Shown: positions 50,893 to 61,316 of the stretch, one piece after another | How the letters are laid out: every line of letters begins with the position of its first letter | Position numbering within the stretch: position 1 is the stretch's first letter | From: an uncultured Pelagibacteraceae bacterium | GTDB lineage: Bacteria > Pseudomonadota > Alphaproteobacteria > Pelagibacterales > Pelagibacteraceae | Assembly (NCBI GenBank): GCA_902526405.1 | Contig: CABZKL010000002.1 | Coordinates: 9,472 to 73,471, forward strand | Direction: 5' to 3' | DNA length: 64,000 bases | Translations under genes and position numbers: made by a program | Notes under the pieces: generated by a model | What the model was told of the DNA's origin: nothing | Database searches by the model: none | What the model saw: only the letters and a program-made list of their open reading frames with translations

Positions 50893-52302
50893 TTAGTCTA
50901 ACTTAATTCCAACATATCTTCTTTGATTTTTATTATTATAGATTGCGAGCAATATTGTTTTTTGATTTGAGTTTAAAACTTGCTTGGTAATTTGTTTTAA
51001 ATCATCAATAGATTTGATTCTTTCTTTTTGAGCTTCGACAATAATACTATTCACCTCAATTGAGCCAGCTAAAGGACTGTTATTTTGAATGCCTATGATC
51101 ACAAGTCCAGTGGTTTGATTTGGTAGCTTACGATTTTTTATATCTTCTTTGTTAATAGACCTTACTGTTATTTTTAAATCTTCAATTTGATCAGTGGTAT
51201 CTAACGTTTTTTGTTTTTCACTAACTTTAAAATCTTCTGATGTTTCAAGTCTTCCTAGGAGAACATTTTTTATAATTTCTTTTTTATCTCTCCATATTTT
51301 AACTTCAACGTTTTTTCCAACCTGAGTTTTAGCAACTATTGCTGGAAGTTCTTTCATTTGATTAATTCTTTGACCATTAAATTCTAAAATAATATCACCA
51401 GCTTTTATTCCAGCTTTTTCTGAGGGACTGTTTTCTGCAACACTTGCAACTAAAGCACCTCTTGGTTTGTCTAATTTCTCAACCTCCGCAATTTCTTTTG
51501 TGACATCTTGTATTCTTACACCTAGCCATCCTCTTTTAGTTTCTCCGAATTCTATCAGTTGATTAATAACAATTTGAGCACTGTTTGATGGAATTGAAAA
51601 TCCAATACCAATTGAACCATTTCGACCTAAAATAGCAGTGTTGATTCCTATAACATTCCCCTCCATATCAAATAAAGGGCCACCAGAATTTCCTGAATTA
51701 ATTGAGGCATCTGTCTGAATAAAATCTTCATATCTAGATAGTCCAATTGATCTGTTTCTTGCTGAAATAATTCCAGCTGTAACTGTGCCTCCTAAACCAA
51801 ATGGATTTCCAATAGCAATCACCCAATCACCTATTTTTGCTTTATCAGAGTTACCAAAGGCAACTGGTATAAACTTTTCATTAGTCTCTAACTGCAAAAC
51901 AGCTATATCCATTAATGGATCTGCACCTAAAACTTTTGCCTTAAACTCTTGATCGCCATTTACTCTAACGATTATATCATCTGCATCTTGTATTACATGA
52001 TTGTTAGTTATGATAATTCCTTTTTCATCAATTATAAATCCAGACCCTAGTGCAGCTGATTGTCTCTCTTGAGGATCTCCAAACTCTTTAAACATATCTC
52101 CAAAAGGTGATCCTGGAGGAAACTGAAACGGAAGTGGATTAGATTTTGTAACTACAGTTGTTGATGTTGAAATATTTACAACAGATGGCATTAATTTTTC
52201 AGCAAGAGTAGAGAAAGATTCTGGAACAGGCTTGGAATAAGATTGGTGTAAAAAACCAACAGATAGAATTATAGTTATTAAGATAATTTTAATGTTTTTC
52301 AT
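50893..52302 (-). CDS. degP: DegP/HtrA serine protease with two PDZ domains
   Basis: LGSGFII, TNNHVI, IGNPFG, IQTDASINSGNSGGPL, RGWLGV. Confidence 0.93.
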   Translation of the reverse strand: MKNIKIILITIILSVGFLHQSYSKPVPESFSTLAEKLMPSVVNISTSTTVVTKSNPLPFQFPPGSPFGDMFKEFGDPQERQSAALGSGFIIDEKGIIITNNHVIQDADDIIVRVNGDQEFKAKVLGADPLMDIAVLQLETNEKFIPVAFGNSDKAKIGDWVIAIGNPFGLGGTVTAGIISARNRSIGLSRYEDFIQTDASINSGNSGGPLFDMEGNVIGINTAILGRNGSIGIGFSIPSNSAQIVINQLIEFGETKRGWLGVRIQDVTKEIAEVEKLDKPRGALVASVAENSPSEKAGIKAGDIILEFNGQRINQMKELPAIVAKTQVGKNVEVKIWRDKKEIIKNVLLGRLETSEDFKVSEKQKTLDTTDQIEDLKITVRSINKEDIKNRKLPNQTTGLVIIGIQNNSPLAGSIEVNSIIVEAQKERIKSIDDLKQITKQVLNSNQKTILLAIYNNKNQRRYVGIKLD

Positions 52303-52303
52303 T

Positions 52304-52489
52304 TTACCTTTTCATGTAATAAATAATTATAAATCCTATAATTGCAAAGATAAGTCCTCCAGTTCTTAATTGACTATCTTTCAAAAGTTCTAATTTTTTT
52401 AGCATATTTTTCATTTTTGCTGGAAATATGGCATATAAAATTCCTTCAATGAATAAGAATAAACCAAAAGCTATGACTAGCTCATTCAT
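52304..52489 (-). CDS. DUF2065 (YjeT-like) small membrane protein
   Basis: GLFLFIEGILYAIFP, LRTGGL; usual position after hflC. Confidence 0.85.
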   Translation of the reverse strand: MNELVIAFGLFLFIEGILYAIFPAKMKNMLKKLELLKDSQLRTGGLIFAIIGFIIIYYMKR

Positions 52490-52495
52490 TTAAAA

Positions 52496-53368
52496 TTATT
52501 GTTGGATTTCGGGTTTTATATTTCCAAAAAATTTGAAGAATTCACTATCAGGAGATAAGATCAGAGAAGTTTCTCCACCAATTAATGCCTTCTCATAAGC
52601 CTGCATTGCTCTATAAAATGCGAAAAATTCAGGATCTTGACCAAAGGCATCAGCAAAGATTTTATTTCTTAAACCATCACCTTCTCCTTTCATAATCTCT
52701 GATTGTTTTTGCGACTCTGCTAAAATAACTGTAACTTCCTTATCGGCCGTTGAAGTGATGGTCACTGCCATCTCTGCACCTTTTGCTCTAAATTCTTTTG
52801 CTTCTCTTTCCCGCTCTGTCTGCATTCTTCTGTAAATTGCATCACTGTTAGCTTGAGGAAGGTCAGCTCTTTTAATTCTTACATCAACAATATTTATTCC
52901 AAAATTCTGTGCTTCATTATTTACACCTTCTTTAATTAAAGCCATTTGTTTTGATCTGTCCTGAGAAAGTAATGTTTGTAATTCTTCTTGACCTAAGACA
53001 TTTCTAATTCTTGAATTTATAATTGTAGATAATCTAGATCTCGCAACTCTTTCATCACCAACTGAAATATAGAATTTTAGAGGGTCCACAATTTTAAACC
53101 TTGCAAATGCATCGACAATTAAACGTTTTTGGTCAGATGCAATGACTTCTTCAGGTGGTGTATCAAGATTTAATATCCTTTTATCTAAATAAACGACATT
53201 TTGAATAAATGGAATTTTAAAATTTAGACCAGGTTTTGTAATTATTCTTTTTGGGTCACCAAACTGAAGAATAATAGCCTGATTAACTTCCTTAACTATT
53301 ATTACAGACAAAAATGCTAAAACAGCTAATGCAATTATCAATCCAATTAAAATTTTTCCAGCCTTCAT
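52496..53368 (-). CDS. hflC: FtsH protease modulator HflC
   Basis: PGLNFKIPF, DVRIKRADLP, RMQTEREREA, DPEFFAFYR. Confidence 0.95.
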   Translation of the reverse strand: MKAGKILIGLIIALAVLAFLSVIIVKEVNQAIILQFGDPKRIITKPGLNFKIPFIQNVVYLDKRILNLDTPPEEVIASDQKRLIVDAFARFKIVDPLKFYISVGDERVARSRLSTIINSRIRNVLGQEELQTLLSQDRSKQMALIKEGVNNEAQNFGINIVDVRIKRADLPQANSDAIYRRMQTEREREAKEFRAKGAEMAVTITSTADKEVTVILAESQKQSEIMKGEGDGLRNKIFADAFGQDPEFFAFYRAMQAYEKALIGGETSLILSPDSEFFKFFGNIKPEIQQ

Positions 53369-54472
53369 TTAATTAGTCGCTTTCTTTTTTAATTCAGGAA
53401 GTGGTAAGTAGGGCACTACTCCTGAGCCGGCATTTTTTTCGATAATCACTTTATCGATATCAGCTAAAACTTTTTCCATTGTCTCTAAATACATTCTTTC
53501 CTGAGTTACTGCTTTTGCATTTTTATACTCGTTATAAATAGACACAAATCTACTCGCTTCACCCTCTGCCTTTGCAACAACCTCTTTCTTGTATGCTTCA
53601 GCAGCTTGTAAGATTTTTTGACCTTCCCCTCTAGCTCTTGGGATAACGTCGTTAGCATAAGCTTCAGCTTCATTTTTAGATCTCTCCATATCTGCTCTTG
53701 CAGCCTGCACGTCTCTAAATGCATCAATTACTTGATCTGGTGGGTCAGCTTTCTGAGTTTGTACCTGCGTAATTTGAATTCCACTCTCATAGTCATCTAA
53801 AATAGTCTGAATAATCTCTTGCGTCTCAACCTCGATTTTAGATCTACCTTCTGTTAAAATTGGCTGAATATCACTTTTTGCGATAACTTCTCTCATTGCT
53901 GTTTCTGCAGCTGCTTTAACTGTACCTTCTGGATCCTGTATCTTAAACAAAAAATTTCCTGCATCTTTAATTACCCAAAATACAGAGAAATCTATGTTCA
54001 CAATATTTTCATCACCAGTTAACATTAAGCTTTCTTGTGGAACATCAGCCACACCACCACCTGTTGAGAAACCGCTATCTCTTTCAGATCTAAATCCAAT
54101 ATCTATTCTATTAACTTTTGTAACTTTTGGGGTGAGCACATTCTCTACTGGAAATGGTATGTGATAATTCAATCCTGGTTGAGTAGTTTTAACAAACTTA
54201 CCAAACCTTAATACCACACCTTGTTCATCAGGTAAAACTCTATAAAGTCCACTTGCTAACCAAACAAAAGCTAAAACTAATAAGACTAATCCGATTGATT
54301 TACCACCTGACGACTTACCACCTGGCAAAAATTTTTTAATTTTATCCTGAATTTCTTTTATTATTTCATCAATGTTTGGAGGTCTCGGACCTCTACCCGA
54401 TCCGTTGTTATTTCCACTACCTGGAGGTGATCCCCATGGGCTACCGCCTCTACCTCTGAAATCATCTGACAT
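53369..54472 (-). CDS. hflK: FtsH protease modulator HflK
   Basis: PW..PP N-terminus, VVLRFGK, MLTGDENIV, NEAEAYANDVIPRARGE, ERMYLETME. Confidence 0.95.
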   Translation of the reverse strand: MSDDFRGRGGSPWGSPPGSGNNNGSGRGPRPPNIDEIIKEIQDKIKKFLPGGKSSGGKSIGLVLLVLAFVWLASGLYRVLPDEQGVVLRFGKFVKTTQPGLNYHIPFPVENVLTPKVTKVNRIDIGFRSERDSGFSTGGGVADVPQESLMLTGDENIVNIDFSVFWVIKDAGNFLFKIQDPEGTVKAAAETAMREVIAKSDIQPILTEGRSKIEVETQEIIQTILDDYESGIQITQVQTQKADPPDQVIDAFRDVQAARADMERSKNEAEAYANDVIPRARGEGQKILQAAEAYKKEVVAKAEGEASRFVSIYNEYKNAKAVTQERMYLETMEKVLADIDKVIIEKNAGSGVVPYLPLPELKKKATN

Positions 54473-54523
54473 ATGCCAAAGTATATAGTGTCTTTATTAC
54501 AAAAAACAAGTAATGATAGTTGT

Positions 54524-55348
54524 ATGTCAGATAAAAAGCCTGAACTTAGTGCCGCAATGAAAAAGAAGCTTGAGCCTAAGAAATTTACAAAAAATCCAAT
54601 ATTAGGAACCAAATTTACAATAGCAATTTCAAGCGCAAAAGGTGGTGTTGGAAAGTCAACATTTGCTACAAATCTCGCTTTAGCCCTAAAACAAGTTGGA
54701 TGTAAAGTAGGATTATTAGATGCAGACATTTATGGTCCATCAATTCCAAAAATGTTTGATATTAATGAGAAGCCTAAAAGTGACGGTCAAAAATTAGAAC
54801 CTATCCTTAAATATGAAATTCAATGTATGTCAATTGGTTTCTTAACTGATCAACAAACACCAATGATATGGCGAGGCCCGATGGTTACAAGCGCAATTAA
54901 AACTTTTACGCAAAAAGTTAATTGGAAAGATCTAGATTTTATAATTGTTGACATGCCTCCTGGAACAGGAGATACACAATTAACTTTTTCACAAGAAATA
55001 AAAATGGATGGTGCAATAATAGTTTCCACACCACAAGAAGTAGCACTTTTAGATGTCAAAAGAGGTATTAAAATGTTTGATAAACTTAATGTAAAAATCT
55101 TAGGTTTAGTGGATAATATGAGTTTTTTTATTGGAGATGATGGAAAAAAATATAAAATTTTTGGTGAAGGGGGTGTGAAAAAAACTGCAGTGGAGTTTCA
55201 AAAAGAATTCTTAGGTGAAATACCAATTAACCCTGAGTTAGGAAAAACTTCAGATGAGGGAAAACCTTTAGTAGAAGCAAATCCAGATCATGAAATTTCA
55301 AAAATATATTTAGATTTTGCTTATAAAATTAAATCAACTTATCTTTAA
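54524..55348 (+). CDS. mrp: Mrp/NBP35 (ApbC) Fe-S cluster carrier ATPase
   Basis: [35 protein letters not shown]; start re-called to ATG 54524. Confidence 0.92.
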   Translation: MSDKKPELSAAMKKKLEPKKFTKNPILGTKFTIAISSAKGGVGKSTFATNLALALKQVGCKVGLLDADIYGPSIPKMFDINEKPKSDGQKLEPILKYEIQCMSIGFLTDQQTPMIWRGPMVTSAIKTFTQKVNWKDLDFIIVDMPPGTGDTQLTFSQEIKMDGAIIVSTPQEVALLDVKRGIKMFDKLNVKILGLVDNMSFFIGDDGKKYKIFGEGGVKKTAVEFQKEFLGEIPINPELGKTSDEGKPLVEANPDHEISKIYLDFAYKIKSTYL

Positions 55349-56276
55349 GATCAAAAGCAATCATTAGTTCATTCCACTCTCTTTTTGATAGACCTGAGCT
55401 ATCCTCATCAACATTTTCACCTTTAATAAGTTTTTGTATAATTAATTTCCCTTTAGCTGAAACTTCTGTGCCTCCAACTCTATAATCGATAAAAGCTTCA
55501 TAAGTTATAGGAACCCATTTTTTCAAAGTATCCAACATTATATCTGCGTAAACTCTTATTTCATACTGAGCATGGCTGTCAGCTCTTAATCTTAAAAAAT
55601 TCATTAAATTTAAAAGATCAGTTTTCCAATACCATTGGGTATAGGTATTTAAAGTTAAATTCATTCTTGCAAGTTCTCTTGCTAGGCCTTTTTTATTTTC
55701 ATCTATAGTTGATCCATCAAATCTTTCATTAAGCATTGTTTCATAATTGCTGTAACTTCTCTCAGCATCACTTTTTAAAAGTTCTAAAACTTCTTCTGCT
55801 TGTTTACCCTCCAACACATTTCCTCTACCTTGCCTATTACTGGTAGATTGAGCAGCTAAGTTTTCTTGCGTTGGTAAGTAAAATTCTTTATCTAAAATAG
55901 AATATCTTGCAGAGTATTCATTAACATTGGCTGTTCTGTGTCTAATCCATTGTCGAGCAATAAATATTGGTAACTTTATATGGTATTTTATTTCACACAT
56001 CTCAAATGGAGTGCTGTGCCAATGCCTCATTAAATATTTGATTAATCCTTTATCAGTTGAAACTTGCTTAGTTCCTTTTCCATATGAGACTCTTGCAGAT
56101 TGAACAATTGAAGTATCATCTCCCATATAATCAACTACACGAACAAAACCATGGTCTAAGGCAGGAATTGCCTCATATAGGACATTTTCAAGTTCTTGTA
56201 CTGTAACTCTCTTAGTTTGATTGCTTTGAGATTGTTGATTTTTTATTTCTTCTGCTTGTTCTTTGGTAAGTTTCAT
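55329..56276 (-). CDS. thyX: Flavin-dependent thymidylate synthase
   Basis: [35 protein letters not shown]; start re-called to ATG 56276 because the longer ORF runs into ssrA. Confidence 0.96.
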   Translation of the reverse strand: MKLTKEQAEEIKNQQSQSNQTKRVTVQELENVLYEAIPALDHGFVRVVDYMGDDTSIVQSARVSYGKGTKQVSTDKGLIKYLMRHWHSTPFEMCEIKYHIKLPIFIARQWIRHRTANVNEYSARYSILDKEFYLPTQENLAAQSTSNRQGRGNVLEGKQAEEVLELLKSDAERSYSNYETMLNERFDGSTIDENKKGLARELARMNLTLNTYTQWYWKTDLLNLMNFLRLRADSHAQYEIRVYADIMLDTLKKWVPITYEAFIDYRVGGTEVSAKGKLIIQKLIKGENVDEDSSGLSKREWNELMIAFDLKDKLI

Positions 56277-56319
56277 GATTGTTATTGAATCTGTTGTAAT
56301 TCCTTTTATATTAATAACG

Positions 56320-56578
56320 TTGGTTTTCCAACTACGACGATAAACGAATTTCGTAATAACCATTGCGGACGTGGGGGCAGTACCCACCACCTCCACCATT
56401 GCAACTTATGGGGGTGAACTAGATTCGACGAATGTCTAAAGGCTATTCTTTCGTTCGGGATTGTTCCACCGTGACGGGCTAATTTATAATTGCTAACGAA
56501 AGTTACGCACTTGCTGCCTAATTAACTTAGTTAATTAAGCAAACGGGGTCTGGGGCACCTGGCAACAGAACGCCCCCT
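56320..56578 (+). ncRNA. ssrA: Circularly permuted two-piece tmRNA, tag ANESYALAA
   Basis: T-arm GTGGG-GGCAGTA-CCCAC, acceptor end CTCCACCA (56391-56398), 11-nt intervening segment, GGGGGTGAA..GATTCGAC from 56410, tag frame 56492-56521; outer ends approximate. Confidence 0.93.
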
Positions 56579-56589
56579 AATTAAAATAA

Positions 56590-59247
56590 CTATTTTTTTA
56601 ACTCTGCTTGTGCTGCTGCTAGTCTGGCGACTGGAACTCTATAAGGGGAACAAGATACATAATTAAGTCCCGCTTTGGCACAAAAAGAAATACTTTTGGG
56701 ATCGCCTCCGTGCTCTCCACATATACCTAATTTGATCCTTTTATTTTGGCTCTTACCTTTTACAACAGCTATCTCAACTAAATCTGAAACCCCTTCATCA
56801 ATTGATACAAAAGGATCGATAGAAAATATTTTATTTTCTATATAATCATTTAAAAATTTTCCACTATCATCTCTACTTATTCCAAAAGTAGTTTGAGTTA
56901 AATCATTTGTTCCAAAACTAAAGAATTCTGCATGTTTTGCTATTTCTTTAGCCTTTATAGCTGCTCTTGGAAGCTCAATCATAGTTCCAACCATAAAGTC
57001 TATTTTTAATTTATTTTCTTTTTGAACCATACTTGCTATTCTTTTGACTAAATCTTTCATTATTTTAATTTCAGCCTCTGTAGAAATAAGTGGTATCATT
57101 ATTTCAGGAAAAGCTGACTTAATTTTATTTTTTTTAAGATCACATAATGCTTCAAAAATTGCTCTACATTGCATCTCATATATTTCAGGAAATGATATAG
57201 CTAATCTGCAACCTCGGTGACCTAGCATTGGGTTTTGTTCATGAAGTTCCTCTATCCTTGTTTCAACCTCTTTTACAGAAAGACTAACAATTTCTGCTAA
57301 TTCCCTAATTTCTTTATTTGTTCTTGGTAAAAATTCATGTAGTGGAGGATCTAACAATCTTACTGTAACTGGCAAGCCGTTCATAATCTTAAAAATTTCA
57401 GTAAAGTCTTTTTTTTGATGTGGTAAAAGTTTAGCTAAAGCTTTATCTCTGTCCTCTTTAGTTTTAGAAAGAATCATTTCCCTAACAGATAAAATTCTAT
57501 CTTCATCAAAAAACATGTGCTCTGTTCTGCAAAGTCCAATGCCTTCAGCACCAAAATCTTTTGCAGTTTTAGTATCTTTTGGGGTTTCTGAATTTGTTCT
57601 TATATTTAATTTTCTATAACTATCAGCCCATGACATTAATTTTGAAAAATCACCAGATATTTCTGGCTTCAAGGTAGCAACACTACCTTCGATTATTCTT
57701 CCTGTTGACCCATCTATTGTTATTATGTCCCCTTCTTTAATTTCAATTGATGATGTTTTAAATGACTTATTTTCATAATTGATATCAATTTCACTCGACC
57801 CAGAAACACAAGGTCTTCCCATTCCTCTTGCTACAACAGCTGCATGGCTTGTCATTCCACCTCTTGCAGTCAATATTCCTTTGGCTGCATGCATTCCTTG
57901 TATATCTTCTGGAGAGGTCTCTACTCTAACTAATATTGTGTCCTGCATCATGGATGTTAATCTTTCTGCCTCTTCAGATGTAAATACAACTTTACCACTC
58001 GCAGCGCCTGGTGAAGCAGGCAGGCCATTTGCGATTATATTTATTGAACTTTTTTCGTCAAGAGTTGGATGAAGAAGTGTATCAAGTGAATGTGGATCAA
58101 TTCTTAACACAGCCTCTTTTTTTGAGATTAATTTTTCTTTAACCATGTCGACTGCAATTTTAATTGCAGATTTTGCAGTTCTTTTTCCAGAACGTGTTTG
58201 AAGCATCCACAGCTTTTTATTTTCAACTGTAAACTCTACATCCTGCATATCTTTGTAATGCTTTTCTAATTTTTTTAGGATCTTATAAAGTTGTTTATAA
58301 ACTTTAGGCATAGACTCTTCCATTGATGGAGCTTTAACTTTAGCATTTTGTCTAGCTTTTTTAGTTATATATTGTGGAGTTCTTGTCCCAGCTACAACAT
58401 CCTCTCCTTGTGCATTAATTAAATATTCTCCATAAATTTCGTTTTCACCGTCTGATGGATTTCTTGTAAAAACAACACCAGTTGCGCAGTCGTCTCCCAT
58501 GTTTCCAAAAACCATTGATTGAACATTAACCGCGGTGCCCCACTCTGCAGGTATATGATTTAATTTTCTATAGATTTTTGCTCTCTTACTATCCCAAGAC
58601 AGAAATACTGCACTGATTGCTCCTAACAACTGTTCATGAACATCTTGTGGAAAATCTCTATTTGCTTTTTCCTTAACTGTTCTTTTAAAATCTTCAATTA
58701 GTCCATCCCAGTCGTTTTCATCTAAATCCGTGTCTAATAAAACACCCTTTGTAAGTTTATAATTTTCTATTAATTCCTCAAAATGATACCCTTCAACGCC
58801 CATTACAACATTGCCATACATTTGAATAAACCTTCTGTAGCTATCTTTGGCAAATCGACCATTAGAGGTTTTTGATGCTAGGGCTTTAACAGTTTTATCG
58901 TTTAATCCTAAATTTAAAATTGTATCCATCATACCAGGCATAGAAACTCTTGCCCCAGATCTTACTGAAAGTAATAATGGATTTTTTAAATCACCAAATT
59001 TTTTTGAAACTTCTTTTTCAACAGCCTTTAATTCTTTTTTAATTGACGAGATTATATTTTTATTAAGTTTTTTTTTATCTTTATAAAATAAATCACATAC
59101 TTTTGTAGAAATAGTAAATCCAGGTGGTACTGGTAATCCCATTCGACCCATTTCTGAAAGATTGGCTCCTTTTCCACCCAAAAAATTTTTAGGGATTTTA
59201 ATTTTTTTGGTGTTTTTAGATTTAAAATTTAAAATTAGTTTTTTCAT
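56590..59247 (-). CDS. ppdK: Pyruvate, phosphate dikinase
   Basis: LGGKGANL, SVRSGA..SMPGMMDT, GGMTSHAAVVARG, GLCRTEHMF, SFGTNDLTQ, GICGEHGG. Confidence 0.97.
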   Translation of the reverse strand: MKKLILNFKSKNTKKIKIPKNFLGGKGANLSEMGRMGLPVPPGFTISTKVCDLFYKDKKKLNKNIISSIKKELKAVEKEVSKKFGDLKNPLLLSVRSGARVSMPGMMDTILNLGLNDKTVKALASKTSNGRFAKDSYRRFIQMYGNVVMGVEGYHFEELIENYKLTKGVLLDTDLDENDWDGLIEDFKRTVKEKANRDFPQDVHEQLLGAISAVFLSWDSKRAKIYRKLNHIPAEWGTAVNVQSMVFGNMGDDCATGVVFTRNPSDGENEIYGEYLINAQGEDVVAGTRTPQYITKKARQNAKVKAPSMEESMPKVYKQLYKILKKLEKHYKDMQDVEFTVENKKLWMLQTRSGKRTAKSAIKIAVDMVKEKLISKKEAVLRIDPHSLDTLLHPTLDEKSSINIIANGLPASPGAASGKVVFTSEEAERLTSMMQDTILVRVETSPEDIQGMHAAKGILTARGGMTSHAAVVARGMGRPCVSGSSEIDINYENKSFKTSSIEIKEGDIITIDGSTGRIIEGSVATLKPEISGDFSKLMSWADSYRKLNIRTNSETPKDTKTAKDFGAEGIGLCRTEHMFFDEDRILSVREMILSKTKEDRDKALAKLLPHQKKDFTEIFKIMNGLPVTVRLLDPPLHEFLPRTNKEIRELAEIVSLSVKEVETRIEELHEQNPMLGHRGCRLAISFPEIYEMQCRAIFEALCDLKKNKIKSAFPEIMIPLISTEAEIKIMKDLVKRIASMVQKENKLKIDFMVGTMIELPRAAIKAKEIAKHAEFFSFGTNDLTQTTFGISRDDSGKFLNDYIENKIFSIDPFVSIDEGVSDLVEIAVVKGKSQNKRIKLGICGEHGGDPKSISFCAKAGLNYVSCSPYRVPVARLAAAQAELKK

Positions 59248-61313
59248 TTTTGGGAGCCTACTAAAGAAAAATTAACATAATTGTTGAACGTTTTACATAA
59301 GATTTGAATAAGTTCTAGTCTATTTTTTCGAATACCTGGGTCAACGTCATTGACTATAACATTGTCAAAAAAATCATTAATTACTTTTTTAGCATCTAAT
59401 AAGTTGTCTAGAGTTTCAGAATAAACTTCGTCGTTATTAATTGAAGAAAAATATTTCCTTAAATCATTTATTTTTTTAAACAAATTTTTTTCAAAGTCTG
59501 TTTTGAAAACACCAGGGTCGGTTGTATTTGAAAGATCAAAATTCTGTCCCTCCAACTCACTTTCTAAGATATTTGAGGCTCTTTTGTAGCTTGATATGAT
59601 TTCGTGTCCATTTGATTTAGAAATTATTTTGTCTAAATATTTTGCCTTTTCAAAAATTACTACAAGTTGATCTAAATTATGTGAATTGATAGATGCTTGA
59701 ATAATATCATTACGAATATTTTCTTCCTTCATATAGAATTTTAGTCGCTCCATTAGAAATTCAGAAAGTTCTTTTTGAAGTAGTTTATTTTCAAATTTGA
59801 ATCCTTGATCGTTGTAAAGTGAAGCTGAATAGTTAATCAAATCTCTTATTTTAATATGTTTTTTATTTTCGACAATTATTCTAATTACTCCTAAAGTTAA
59901 TCTTCTAAGAGCAAATGGGTCTTTAGAACTTGTTGGTTTTTGGTTGATTCCAAAAAAACCTACAAGAGTATCTATTTTATCTGATAGAGCTAGTGCTATA
60001 CTAAAAGGTTTTTTGGGAACCTTAGACCCAGACCCTGAAGGTAAATATTGTTCACTTATTGATAGTGCTACATCCTTGTCAAAACCTTGTGCCTCAGAAA
60101 AATAACCACCCATAATCCCTTGAAGCTCAGGAAATTCGCCCACGAGTTCAGATAATAAATCGACTTTAGAGATTGATGCTGATAATTCTGCTTTTTCTTT
60201 GCTTATTAATAGTTCATCTGAAAGCATTCCTCCTATCTTTCTCATTCTTTGAACTTTATCAAAATAACTTCCCAAACCTTTAAAATAATTCATAGATTTT
60301 AAGTTTGAGACTTGTTTCACTAAATTTTGAGATTTATCTTTTTGCCAAAAGAATTTTGCATCCGTAAGTCTTGCTTCTACTACTCTTTCGTTACCTAGCT
60401 TTATTAACCCTTTTAGATCTTTTTTGTTTGAAACAACCAAGAATTCGTTTGTAATACCACCCTTATTATCAAAAGTTGGGAAATATTTTTGATGGTATTG
60501 CATTGTGATTATTAAAATCTCTTTAGGTATTTTTAAATACTTTTTATCAAACTGACAAACAAGAACATTGGGTTGATCTATTAAATCAACAACTTCTTCC
60601 ATCAGTTTTGGATTTTGCTCTATAACAATATTTTTCTTTTTTAAAAGTAAATGAAATTTTTTTTCAATAATCTTTTTTCTTTCAACAGGGTCAATTATTA
60701 TTTGTTTCTTTTTAAAGAAATTTTTATATTTTTTAAAATCAGAAAATTTTATTTTCTTTTCTTCAAAATCTTTATCTACAAAAGTTAAATTAGATGACTG
60801 AATATGATGAAAATTAAATATTAGCGTTTTTTTATTAAAGATTGCCAAAATAGACTTTAGTGGTCTACCCCAATTTAAACTAAAATCCCCCCAGCGCATT
60901 GATTTTTTCCATTGAATTTTATTTAATATTTTTGGGACAAACTCTTGTAATAACTCGTGAGTATAAAGTTTTTTTGATTTTGTTTTAAAGAAAAAAAAGC
61001 TACCTTTTTCTGTTTCTTTTTCATAAAGATTTTGTTTTAGAATTTGATTTGATCGTATAAAGCCCTCTATTGCTAGATCTGGGGCTTTTGTGCTTGGACC
61101 TTTTATTTCTTCGGACTTCAGAATTGTTTGTTTTTGAATACCTTCAAATAATATTACCAATCTATTTGGGGTTGAGTAGGAAGAACTTCTTTTAAATGAA
61201 ATAGATTTCTCTTCAAAGAAATCATTAAAAGATTTTAATAAGTTTTCTCTTAAATTTTTTTGAAGACCTGCAGGTATTTCCTCACTAAATAGTTCTAAAA
61301 AAAACTCTGACAT
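59244..61313 (-). CDS. glyS: Glycine-tRNA ligase beta subunit
   Basis: ELFSEEIP, TPNRL, KSMRWG, HQKYF, GNERVVEARL, EFPELQGIMG, SKDPFALRR. Confidence 0.96.
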   Translation of the reverse strand: MSEFFLELFSEEIPAGLQKNLRENLLKSFNDFFEEKSISFKRSSSYSTPNRLVILFEGIQKQTILKSEEIKGPSTKAPDLAIEGFIRSNQILKQNLYEKETEKGSFFFFKTKSKKLYTHELLQEFVPKILNKIQWKKSMRWGDFSLNWGRPLKSILAIFNKKTLIFNFHHIQSSNLTFVDKDFEEKKIKFSDFKKYKNFFKKKQIIIDPVERKKIIEKKFHLLLKKKNIVIEQNPKLMEEVVDLIDQPNVLVCQFDKKYLKIPKEILIITMQYHQKYFPTFDNKGGITNEFLVVSNKKDLKGLIKLGNERVVEARLTDAKFFWQKDKSQNLVKQVSNLKSMNYFKGLGSYFDKVQRMRKIGGMLSDELLISKEKAELSASISKVDLLSELVGEFPELQGIMGGYFSEAQGFDKDVALSISEQYLPSGSGSKVPKKPFSIALALSDKIDTLVGFFGINQKPTSSKDPFALRRLTLGVIRIIVENKKHIKIRDLINYSASLYNDQGFKFENKLLQKELSEFLMERLKFYMKEENIRNDIIQASINSHNLDQLVVIFEKAKYLDKIISKSNGHEIISSYKRASNILESELEGQNFDLSNTTDPGVFKTDFEKNLFKKINDLRKYFSSINNDEVYSETLDNLLDAKKVINDFFDNVIVNDVDPGIRKNRLELIQILCKTFNNYVNFSLVGSQK

Positions 61314-61316
61314 TTT

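Noticed and set aside
56277-56399. 41-aa N-terminal extension of ThyX
   Set aside because: Antisense to the tmRNA acceptor piece; ATG 56276 is the plausible start
56365-56430. tRNA-like sequence ending in CCA
   Set aside because: No anticodon arm; it is the tRNA-like domain of the permuted tmRNA
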